Source: a virus (lineage: Duplodnaviria; Caudoviricetes). Taken from it: 35,389 nucleotides of DNA. Shown in pieces: positions 25,483 through 33,446 of this stretch. Under the pieces are notes generated by a model that was given only the letters and a program-made list of their open reading frames with translations, was not told where the DNA came from and ran no database searches. The stretch is from positions 1 to 35,389 of the IMG/VR virus record IMGVR_UViG_3300033067_000489; one strand, 5' to 3'. Position 1 is the stretch's first letter; every line of letters begins with the position of its first letter. A program made the translations under genes and the position numbers.

Positions 25483-26910
25483 TTGATGGCGGGCGGTTGG
25501 CAGGAGCACGCTTCTGTTGCCGCCCGCTTCGTTTATGTGGGGGTATTTCCATTGGAAAATCTGAACATCGCTGACGCCATGAAACTGGGCGCGTCTTTGT
25601 GGGCGGCTGGCAATTTCGAGGACTGCGAAAAGGTCTTTCGTGCGGTCGCGGACGTTGATCCGGAGAACCAGTATGCAATCCATGGCGTGGGTGCGTGTCT
25701 GATGGAGATGTATCGCCCGACTGAGGCGATGCCGTGGTTTGATCGGGCGTATGGGCTGCTCTATCGCGACATGATGGGGCTGATGAGCAACCGGGCGCGG
25801 GCGGTGGGTGATGCCGGTGACGCGGCGGGGGCTTTGGGGATGTTTGAGAACCTGCTGAAGCAGGAGCCGAACAACGCTCATTTCCTGCTCAATCGGGGCC
25901 TGATGTTGCTTCAAATGAGAAAGTACAAGGCGGCCGTCGCTGACATGGAGGCGGTGCTGGCGATCGATCCGAACAATGACAAGGCTCGATTCGGACGGGG
26001 ATTTGCCAGGCTGGTGCAGGGGGATTTTGCGGGCGGGTTCGAGGATTACGAATACCGTATGAAATACCACATTGACCCGATCGACGCGCCGGAGTGGACG
26101 GGTGCTGAGGATGTGGATGGCAAGACCGTTCTTGTCCACGAGGACATGGGCCTCGGCGATAACATCATGTTCATGCGGTACGTGCCGATGCTGCGGGACC
26201 GCGGCGCGCGGGTTGTGGTGGTGATCTCCGATAACGTGCGGCCTCTGGTGCCGGAAGGCGTCGAAGTGGTCGGATTTGACCGGACCACTTGGCCCAAGCT
26301 GGATTATTGGGTTCGGTTCATGTCTCTGGCATGGTGCTTCCGGACCACGCTGGATACGGTGCCAGCCCCGGTGCGGGTGAATTACGATCCGTTCCGTCTG
26401 GCGCGGTGGCAGGACGTGATTGGGCGCGGTGATGCACTCAAGGTAGGGCTGTGCTGGACTGGCTCACCCAAGAGCATTTATGACGCTCAGAGGACCATTC
26501 CATTGGCGCGGCTCGCCCCCCTATTCGACGTGCGGGGCGTCAAGTTCTTCTCTTTGCAGAAGGATGTGCGGCCGTCTGACGAGGCAGAATTCAACCGCCT
26601 GCCTATGGTGAACATTGCGTCTCAGTTTGAGACGTATGCCGATACGGCGGCGGCGATGAATTGCCTTGATCTGGTTATCACGGTGGACACGTCTGTTGCC
26701 CACATGGCTGGGACGGTCGGTGTTCCGACGTGGGTGATGCTCACGAATTATCGGTCCTATTGGGTCTGGGCGGAAAGTCAAATCAGTTGCCCGTGGTACG
26801 CTTCGGCGCGCGTCTTCCGTCAGGAAAAGGACGGAGACTGGGATTCGGTGGTGCTGCCGATCCGCGATCGTCTCGCGTCCATCGCGCAGCCCAAAGCTCT
26901 GACGGGGTAA
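25483..26910 (+). CDS. TPR-repeat plus GT-B (GT9-like) glycosyltransferase; true start may be TTG 25552
   Basis: TPR helices, then YEYR, WTG...GKTVLV..DMGLGDNIMFMRY, KVGLCWTGS, FFSLQK, DTAAAMNCLDLVITVDTSVAHMAG, PWYASARVFRQ...GDW. Confidence 0.85.
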   Translation: MMAGGWQEHASVAARFVYVGVFPLENLNIADAMKLGASLWAAGNFEDCEKVFRAVADVDPENQYAIHGVGACLMEMYRPTEAMPWFDRAYGLLYRDMMGLMSNRARAVGDAGDAAGALGMFENLLKQEPNNAHFLLNRGLMLLQMRKYKAAVADMEAVLAIDPNNDKARFGRGFARLVQGDFAGGFEDYEYRMKYHIDPIDAPEWTGAEDVDGKTVLVHEDMGLGDNIMFMRYVPMLRDRGARVVVVISDNVRPLVPEGVEVVGFDRTTWPKLDYWVRFMSLAWCFRTTLDTVPAPVRVNYDPFRLARWQDVIGRGDALKVGLCWTGSPKSIYDAQRTIPLARLAPLFDVRGVKFFSLQKDVRPSDEAEFNRLPMVNIASQFETYADTAAAMNCLDLVITVDTSVAHMAGTVGVPTWVMLTNYRSYWVWAESQISCPWYASARVFRQEKDGDWDSVVLPIRDRLASIAQPKALTG

Positions 26911-26917
26911 GCTTCCG

Positions 26918-28915
26918 ATGCCCACCGTCTTCATCACCTCCGGCACATCTTACGTCATTCCCACCGATTATTTTTCGCTGGTGTCGATCGAGTGTATTGG
27001 CGCAGGTGGAACGGCTGGAGGCGGTGGCGCAGGTGGCGGTGGCGGGGCGTACTCAAAAGTAACGTCAGCTTCTTTAACCCCTGGGGCGTCTGTAACTATT
27101 AAAGTCGGGGTGGGCGGTGCCGGTGCGGCCGGTGCAAACGACACTTGGTTTAACGGCGCTTCTCTTGCGGGCTCTACTTGCGGCGCTCAAGGTGCTGTTT
27201 CCAGCACCGGAGGTTCTTCGGCGTCTGGAGTTGGGTCCACAAAATACTCCGGAGGGAATGGTGGGGGCAACTCCGGTGGATACGGGGGAGGCGGTGGTGG
27301 TGGCAGTGGTGGCCCAAACGGAGCGGGTGCTATTGGTGGCGCTAATGAACCAGTGTCTACCGGTAACGGCGCAGGCGGCGGTGGTGGCGCGGGTGGCGGA
27401 TCAGCTGGCCAAGTAGGTCAAGTTGCGGCTGGTGGTAACGGTGGTGCGCGGTTTGGCGGTGGCGGTGGCGGCGCGGGATCGGCAGGCGTCGGATCAGGTT
27501 CTCCGGGAACAACTGGAGGGGGGGGAGGTGGTGCTTACGGGACAGGCCCCGCTTCGGGAGGTACTGGTGGGAGCGGCGGTAGCGGTACTGAATGGGATGC
27601 CACCCACGGCGCAGGTGGTGGTGGCGGTGGTGGTGCCGGCAACTTCCAGAGTGGTTCAGGGGGCAGTTACGGCGGCGGCGCAGGAGGCAGCGTCTACGCG
27701 AACCTAGGGGTCGCTGGTGCGGGACTGATCGTCTTTACCTATATTGCTGAATTCGTTCCTTCTGCCAAGACATCTCTTGCAGCGAGCCTCATTGCCGCTG
27801 CGGCAATCGCTAGCCCGTGGAATTATACGTTCCTAGGCGGAGCGCAGCCCTACGCGCCGAAGAAGAGCGCGCCGTCCCTGATTGAATCGGTCGTTAACGA
27901 TCCACCTTTCCAGCATCCGGGCCGGACGGTTCAACAGAACCGCGTCATTGCGCAGCAGTGGCAGCCGCCTGAGTGGCCGTACGCCTTCATGGGCAACGCG
28001 CAGCCCTATATGGGACCGCGCATCAATCCTGATACGGCTTCCGTACAGGCCAACGATCCGCCGTTTGACATGCGGCGCGGCGCGAACCTCGATGCGATCA
28101 TTTCCCTTTGGCAGCCTGATCCATACGTCCCGACATTTATGGGACGCTGGCAGCCGTTTGAAGGCCGTAAACTGCCGCCTTCGACTATCCTCGTTCCTGA
28201 GGTGGACCCGCCGTTCCGCCATCCGGGGCGGCTCATTACGACTGAGATCGCGCAACGCGGCTACCAGCCAGAGATTTGGCCTTACGTGTTCTCAGGCGGA
28301 CGGCAGCCTTACGCCCCTGCGCGGTTGCCTCCGGACGTTACGGCGGTCCCGGAGAACAACCCGCCATTTGGCATCCCGAACAAGACGATCCTCTCAAACA
28401 TCGTCGGCGAGTGGCAGCCTTCAATCTGGCCCTACGTCTTTATGGGGCGGCAACAGCCCTATGAAGGCAAGAAGATCGCTGTTGATATTTCAGCGGTCCC
28501 GGAGAACGATCCGCCGTTCACACATCGGGGGCGAACCGTCAACGCTGGTGTCGTTACTGCGGCATGGCAGCCTAACCCATGGGTCTATGCATTCATGGGC
28601 GGCAAGGGGCCGTTTGTCCCCGCAAAGCTGGCCCCCGGCACGCCGGGATCGTCTGTCGATAACCCGCCGTTCCGCCACCCCTCGAGGACGCCGCAGCCTG
28701 AAATCGCCGAGCGAGGCTATCAGCCGGCCATCTGGCCGTATGTGTTCATGGGGGGGCGCCAGCCGTACCAGCGCGGCAATCTCACGCCGTCGATCATCAA
28801 CGTTCCGATCCAAGTGGATTACCAGTGGACGGTTCGTAACCAGATTTTGCGGCTTGATAATGTGGTAAGAGGTCAAGGCAGAACCGGGAATTTCCCGAAT
28901 GACCGGAATTCGTAG
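26918..28915 (+). CDS. Glycine-rich fibre-like protein with C-terminal ~50-aa repeats
   Basis: IECIGAGG...GGGGGAYS...GAGLIVFTY Gly-rich domain, then repeats of W.Y.FMG..QPY...DPPF...WQP. Confidence 0.75.
   Translation: MPTVFITSGTSYVIPTDYFSLVSIECIGAGGTAGGGGAGGGGGAYSKVTSASLTPGASVTIKVGVGGAGAAGANDTWFNGASLAGSTCGAQGAVSSTGGSSASGVGSTKYSGGNGGGNSGGYGGGGGGGSGGPNGAGAIGGANEPVSTGNGAGGGGGAGGGSAGQVGQVAAGGNGGARFGGGGGGAGSAGVGSGSPGTTGGGGGGAYGTGPASGGTGGSGGSGTEWDATHGAGGGGGGGAGNFQSGSGGSYGGGAGGSVYANLGVAGAGLIVFTYIAEFVPSAKTSLAASLIAAAAIASPWNYTFLGGAQPYAPKKSAPSLIESVVNDPPFQHPGRTVQQNRVIAQQWQPPEWPYAFMGNAQPYMGPRINPDTASVQANDPPFDMRRGANLDAIISLWQPDPYVPTFMGRWQPFEGRKLPPSTILVPEVDPPFRHPGRLITTEIAQRGYQPEIWPYVFSGGRQPYAPARLPPDVTAVPENNPPFGIPNKTILSNIVGEWQPSIWPYVFMGRQQPYEGKKIAVDISAVPENDPPFTHRGRTVNAGVVTAAWQPNPWVYAFMGGKGPFVPAKLAPGTPGSSVDNPPFRHPSRTPQPEIAERGYQPAIWPYVFMGGRQPYQRGNLTPSIINVPIQVDYQWTVRNQILRLDNVVRGQGRTGNFPNDRNS
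27812..28810 (+). repeat. About 6.5 degenerate coding tandem repeats of ~150 bp (50-53 aa)
   Basis: Seven W/Y-x-x-x-F-x-G-x-x-x-P-Y/F blocks and six D/N-P-P-F blocks read from the translation. Confidence 0.85.
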
Positions 28916-28924
28916 GAGGGGCAG

Positions 28925-29242
28925 GTGTACGCGGGGATAAATTTTCCGCCTTCCACGCCGGAAGACGATCAGTATTACTGGCTATGGTTCATCAACGATT
29001 TGCAGTCGGGCGAACTGATTTCCAGCGCGGATGTGTCTTTCACGCTGGAGCAAGGTGTTGATCCGGACCCGTCCTCTAAGCTGGTCGGCTCATATACGAT
29101 CGATCCGACGCAGTTGATCGTGGGACAACGTATTCGTGGGCTTTTGGCCGGGAACGTCTATAATCTCTCCATCGACGCGAACACGACGCTGGGTTTCACG
29201 CGGAACCTGTCCTCTCGAATTATCTGCCGGGCGGTGTACTGA
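28925..29242 (+). CDS. Small tail/fibre-associated protein
   Basis: AGGAGGG RBS, GTG start; P.D...Y...F...L..GE.ISSA Ig-like pattern. Confidence 0.55.
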   Translation: MYAGINFPPSTPEDDQYYWLWFINDLQSGELISSADVSFTLEQGVDPDPSSKLVGSYTIDPTQLIVGQRIRGLLAGNVYNLSIDANTTLGFTRNLSSRIICRAVY

Positions 29243-29952
29243 TGAATTACAATCAATACGTCCAAGCGGTTCAATTGCTTGTCGATGTCCCGGATTCAGA
29301 CACGGACTTTATGACGCTGGTCCCGCGCATGATCGAATATGCCGAGTTGAGGCTGTTTCGCGAACTGGATTTCATCCACACCACGACGACATCAACTGCG
29401 TCCCTTACCGCCAATGTGAGGGATGTCGCCATCCCGTCCGATATTATCATCGTGCGGTCGGCTAATCTTGTGACGCCATCCGCGACGGCTCCTGCCGCGG
29501 GCATTCGTCGCCCCATGCTTCGGGTCGGTTATGATTTTGTCGATTCGTACTGGCCCGCGGCCGGAACGTCTGTTGCAGGCGTCTATCCGAAATTTTTCGC
29601 CCTCTTGAGCAACACGAAAGCTGTGGTCGCGCCGACGCCGGACGCGCCCTATCAGGTCGAGTTCGTGGGAACATTCCGGCCGGCGCCATTGTCTGAGGAC
29701 AATCCGAAGACGTTCCTGTCGGTGAATTTGCCGGATATTTTCCTCACAGCGTCCATGATTTTTGCGTCCGACGATCAGCAGGACGACGCAACCCGCGCGA
29801 TGTATGAAAAGCAGTACGCCGAACAACTGGTTGGCGTGAACATTGAGACGATCCGCCAGAAGGCGGCTTCTGTCTCTTGGTCGCCGTACCAGCCCACGCC
29901 ACAGGCAAACCAGCAGCGGGACCGTGGAAATGGTATCTCCGCAGCTTCGTAA
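29242..29952 (+). CDS. Second putative adaptor/connector protein
   Basis: MNYNQYV...F...I.YAELRLFRELD...PKFFA...APTPDAPYQVE...T.LS...PD...AS. Confidence 0.7.
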   Translation: MNYNQYVQAVQLLVDVPDSDTDFMTLVPRMIEYAELRLFRELDFIHTTTTSTASLTANVRDVAIPSDIIIVRSANLVTPSATAPAAGIRRPMLRVGYDFVDSYWPAAGTSVAGVYPKFFALLSNTKAVVAPTPDAPYQVEFVGTFRPAPLSEDNPKTFLSVNLPDIFLTASMIFASDDQQDDATRAMYEKQYAEQLVGVNIETIRQKAASVSWSPYQPTPQANQQRDRGNGISAAS

Positions 29953-31942
29953 GATTTCCGTCTCGCCGGGTGTCAACTCCCAGCTCACGCAGGGGGCCAA
30001 TTCATCGTCATGGTGGAAAAGCAATCTGGTGCAATGGCGCGATGGATTGCTGGAAAGGATCAGTGGTTGGCGGCGTCTGATTGAGGATCAGGCAGGCGGC
30101 CTCATTCGTGCAATGCATGCCTATCAGGACTTGAGTCTAACCAATAACCTGCTGCTCGGGACTGATGCGGGTGCCCAGCTTTACGCTGGTGCGGGCATCT
30201 ATTCGTTCACGTATGCGGTGGCATCCGTGTTCGGAACGAGCATCACTGTCAGCGGCATTGGTGTAACGACGGCGACTGTGACGACTTCATTCGCGCATGG
30301 GGCATCGCCGGGACAAACGACGACATTACGCACGCTTATTACGCTGGGAGGACGTCGGTACAATCCCGGAACCACGTTCACGATTGCCACCACTCCAACC
30401 GCAACAACTTTCACGATCACGCTTCCGCAGCCAACGTTGACGGCGGCCTCGGCGAGCATGATTGGGTTTTTCAACGCCTACAGTACGGCGGGAACTTATG
30501 ACGTTATCATCAACTTGACCGCCCATGGGTACTCTCCGGGCGACCTTGTTCCTGTCAGTTTTGGCCTTAACCTGAATTCACCGGGAACCCTCGTTGCCTA
30601 TCTCCCGCCTGGAGATTACGTGGTCAAAACCGTTCCGGGGGCTAATACTCTTACGCTCGACATGACCTACCAAGTCGGCACGTCCTACCCTGTAGGGGTT
30701 TATGCCTATGACAACAGTCTTGCGATCTATGGAGCTAACGTTTTCGCCATAAACATGGCGATTAATGCGACTTCCGGCCCCGGCACGGATTCCAACTGGT
30801 ATTTGGACAATTTCGGCGAAATTGGCATGATTAGCGCCACTGGTCAGCCGATCTATGCATACCAGCCGCCGGGTGGCACTAACCCGGTGGCGACGCTGAT
30901 TTCCACGGGGCCGCAGATTAACACCGGCATGTTTGTGGCTATGCCACAGGCGCAGATTATCGCGTTCGGATCAGAGGTGTTGGGCGTACGGGACCCGATG
31001 CTGGTTCGATGGTGCGACACGTCGGATTACACTCAATGGACGGCGGCTGTAGGCAATCAGGCGGGGAGTTATCGCCTGTCTCAGGGGTCGCGGATCGTCG
31101 GCGGCATTCAGGCTCCGATGGCGACGATGCTGTGGACGGATGTCGGCTTGTGGGTCATGGGGTACATGGGACCGCCGCTGATTTATTCGTTTGTGCAGAT
31201 TGCGACGGGTTGCGGATTGATCGCCCCCAAGGCTCAAGTGGTCTTGAATTCTCGCGTCTACTGGATGGGCAATCGTCAGTTCTACGTGTTCAACGGCACG
31301 GGGATGACAAGCCTGGACTGCACGGTCTGGGACTTTGTGTTCAACGATCTGGATCAGGCGAACGTTAGCAAATGCTTCGGTGGCGCGAATTCGATCAATG
31401 ACGAAGGGTTTTTCTTTTTCCCGTCTGCGTCTGGCGGCACGGGGGAAATTGATTCCTACGTCAAATTCACCCTCGTTGGCGATCAGATAATCTGGGACCA
31501 AGGGCGGTTGTCCCGCACGACGTGGCTGGATCAATCGGTTTTTGGGCAGGCGCTTGCGGGAGATTTGAACCTGCGCATACAGCAGCACAACACGGGGTTC
31601 GACGCGGACGGCGAGCCGATCACGGGGGCTTTCATCGAAAGCGGTTATCAGCTTATCGATGACGGGACGGAAATACCCCGGGTGAACGAAATCATCCCGG
31701 ACATGAAATGGTTTGGGGATGTGCCGGGAGCGGTCGCCGTGACCCTCAAGGGGGCGATGTATCCTCAAGGGAGCTATTTCACGAAGGGCCCATATGGTAT
31801 GGATCAGGCGAACAAACATATCCGGCCACGAATGAGGGCGCGGTATTTGGCGTTTCGTATCGATTGGGTGCCCCGCATGGGGCAATCGTCGCGTATCGGT
31901 AGCTGGCTATTCCGGATGCGTCCACGAGGGAGAAAGCCATAA
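29930..31942 (+). CDS. Tail nozzle / tubular protein B-like (beta-propeller)
   Basis: PGVN...W...N.V.W.DG..E.I.GW start, WYLDNFGE, DPMLVRWCD, NQAGSYRLSQGSRI, LWTD, GPPLIY, CGLIAP, YWMG, G.L.RT.WLD, IIPD, R.R.R. Confidence 0.75.
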   Translation: MVSPQLRKISVSPGVNSQLTQGANSSSWWKSNLVQWRDGLLERISGWRRLIEDQAGGLIRAMHAYQDLSLTNNLLLGTDAGAQLYAGAGIYSFTYAVASVFGTSITVSGIGVTTATVTTSFAHGASPGQTTTLRTLITLGGRRYNPGTTFTIATTPTATTFTITLPQPTLTAASASMIGFFNAYSTAGTYDVIINLTAHGYSPGDLVPVSFGLNLNSPGTLVAYLPPGDYVVKTVPGANTLTLDMTYQVGTSYPVGVYAYDNSLAIYGANVFAINMAINATSGPGTDSNWYLDNFGEIGMISATGQPIYAYQPPGGTNPVATLISTGPQINTGMFVAMPQAQIIAFGSEVLGVRDPMLVRWCDTSDYTQWTAAVGNQAGSYRLSQGSRIVGGIQAPMATMLWTDVGLWVMGYMGPPLIYSFVQIATGCGLIAPKAQVVLNSRVYWMGNRQFYVFNGTGMTSLDCTVWDFVFNDLDQANVSKCFGGANSINDEGFFFFPSASGGTGEIDSYVKFTLVGDQIIWDQGRLSRTTWLDQSVFGQALAGDLNLRIQQHNTGFDADGEPITGAFIESGYQLIDDGTEIPRVNEIIPDMKWFGDVPGAVAVTLKGAMYPQGSYFTKGPYGMDQANKHIRPRMRARYLAFRIDWVPRMGQSSRIGSWLFRMRPRGRKP

Positions 31943-32151
31943 TGGCAGACAAAAACGACATACCCAACCAGCTCCAAGGGAGTTTGGATCAGGCCCGCAA
32001 CCAGCAAATCGGCGCAATCGCGGACGCTCTTGGGAATGCATTTCCGAAGTCCGCCGGCATTGCCGGGACGGCGGGGGGCGCGACAGGAACCTATCTTTCT
32101 TTGATCGGGCCGGATGGTAACCCGTACAAGATCGCGTTGCTTTCCCCATGA
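31942..32151 (+). CDS. Hypothetical protein
   Basis: TAATG coupling, GAGGGAG RBS. Confidence 0.6.
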   Translation: MADKNDIPNQLQGSLDQARNQQIGAIADALGNAFPKSAGIAGTAGGATGTYLSLIGPDGNPYKIALLSP

Positions 32152-32381
32152 CATATGACAGCAAGTCCCTCCTTGATTTTCTGGCTGAAAATTACCGGGC
32201 GTCGGTTTCCCGCGCTCCCATGGACACGCGAGGAATTGTGGACGCGATGAAGGCATCTGCGGATTTCAAGCGGGAGGTGGATGTGGCGATGGCGCGGTTT
32301 AATGCTGTCGCGCAGCGGTGTTCCATCAGCAAGACACACGCGGATTTCCTGCGGCGTGCCATGGAGGACGCCAATGCATAA
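32148..32381 (+). CDS. Hypothetical protein
   Basis: ATGA coupling. Confidence 0.5.
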   Translation: MTYDSKSLLDFLAENYRASVSRAPMDTRGIVDAMKASADFKREVDVAMARFNAVAQRCSISKTHADFLRRAMEDANA

Positions 32382-32865
32382 TGGTCTTGGGCTCGCCTTC
32401 AAGGTGCGCCGGCAGAAGAAGCCGAAGGGGTTTCATGTTGGGCCTTTGATCGGGGCGCACCCCGGCCGCACTGACACGCGCAAGATCAAGGTCCCAGCCG
32501 GGGCCTATGTCATCAATGCGGATACCGTGTCGCACGTCGGCCAGAACAACACGCTGGCTGGGCTGAGCGTACTGGACAAGATGTTCGGCAAGTCCGGGCC
32601 ATATGGGTCTCGCCTGCCGAAGATGGTTCATGGGAAAGGGCCTCCGAAGCCGCCAAAGGTGAGGGCGTTTCGTGCCGATGGAGGGGCCGCGCCAGTCGAT
32701 ATTATCGCCGCTGATGGCGAATATGTCATCGAGCCCGAGATTGTGGAAGTAATCGGCGGAGGCGATCTGGCGAAGGGTCACAAGCTGCTCGATGAATGGA
32801 TGCAGCAAATGCGGGAAGATCACATCAAGACGCTGAAAAAACTGCCGGGACCAGCAAAAACATGA
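32374..32865 (+). CDS. Conserved phage protein with duplicated G(A/E)YVI...V..G module
   Basis: GGAGG RBS before ATG 32374; PGRTD...GAYVINADTVSHVG and DGEYVIEPEIVEVIGGGD..KG..LLD. Confidence 0.7.
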   Translation: MHNGLGLAFKVRRQKKPKGFHVGPLIGAHPGRTDTRKIKVPAGAYVINADTVSHVGQNNTLAGLSVLDKMFGKSGPYGSRLPKMVHGKGPPKPPKVRAFRADGGAAPVDIIAADGEYVIEPEIVEVIGGGDLAKGHKLLDEWMQQMREDHIKTLKKLPGPAKT

Positions 32866-33428
32866 CGGAAACCAAGGTAACAGTTCGGTTGGGGAAGTCT
32901 GCGGATCGCGAGCAACTTCGGATGCTCGCGAAAATGCTTTGGGCAGATAACGGGATTGTCGATTACGACGAGGACCTGCTTGAGCAAATGCTGAGCAACG
33001 CATTCAACCCTGAGCGGGCATCGTTCTTCGGGGTGATCGGGCCGGAGGGCGGAACCATCGAGGGGATGGTTTACCTGACGATGAGTTCATTCCCGTGGAC
33101 GCGGAAGACGCATCTTGAGGAGGTCATGTCGTTCGTGCATCCGGATTACCGGACGCCGGATCGGATCAACGCCCTGATTTCGTTTTCCAAGCGGTGCGTG
33201 GACGGAACGGACGTGCCCCTCATCATGGGCCTGTTCACGAATATTCGTCTTGCTGGTAAGGTGCAGGTTTACCGGAAGCATTTTGGCTATCCGGCCGGTG
33301 CCACGTTTGCGTACAACACGAAATTCCAGAGTGAGGTGCTTGGCAAGGCATTCTGGGGCGATGAGAGGACGCGGGGGCGTGGCAAGCGGGGTGCTGCCGC
33401 TGCCAATGGAGCCGCGAATAGCCAGTGA
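32862..33428 (+). CDS. GNAT-fold acetyltransferase-like protein
   Basis: VRLGKSAD start, IEGMV, FVHPDYR...ALI motif A; position between nozzle and ejection proteins. Confidence 0.6.
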   Translation: MTETKVTVRLGKSADREQLRMLAKMLWADNGIVDYDEDLLEQMLSNAFNPERASFFGVIGPEGGTIEGMVYLTMSSFPWTRKTHLEEVMSFVHPDYRTPDRINALISFSKRCVDGTDVPLIMGLFTNIRLAGKVQVYRKHFGYPAGATFAYNTKFQSEVLGKAFWGDERTRGRGKRGAAAANGAANSQ

Positions 33429-33446
33429 TGGCGGGGGACATGGGCC

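Noticed and set aside
26990-27700. GGC/GGT-rich repeats as a CRISPR array or VNTR
   Set aside because: These are glycine codons of the fibre protein; no repeat-spacer structure.
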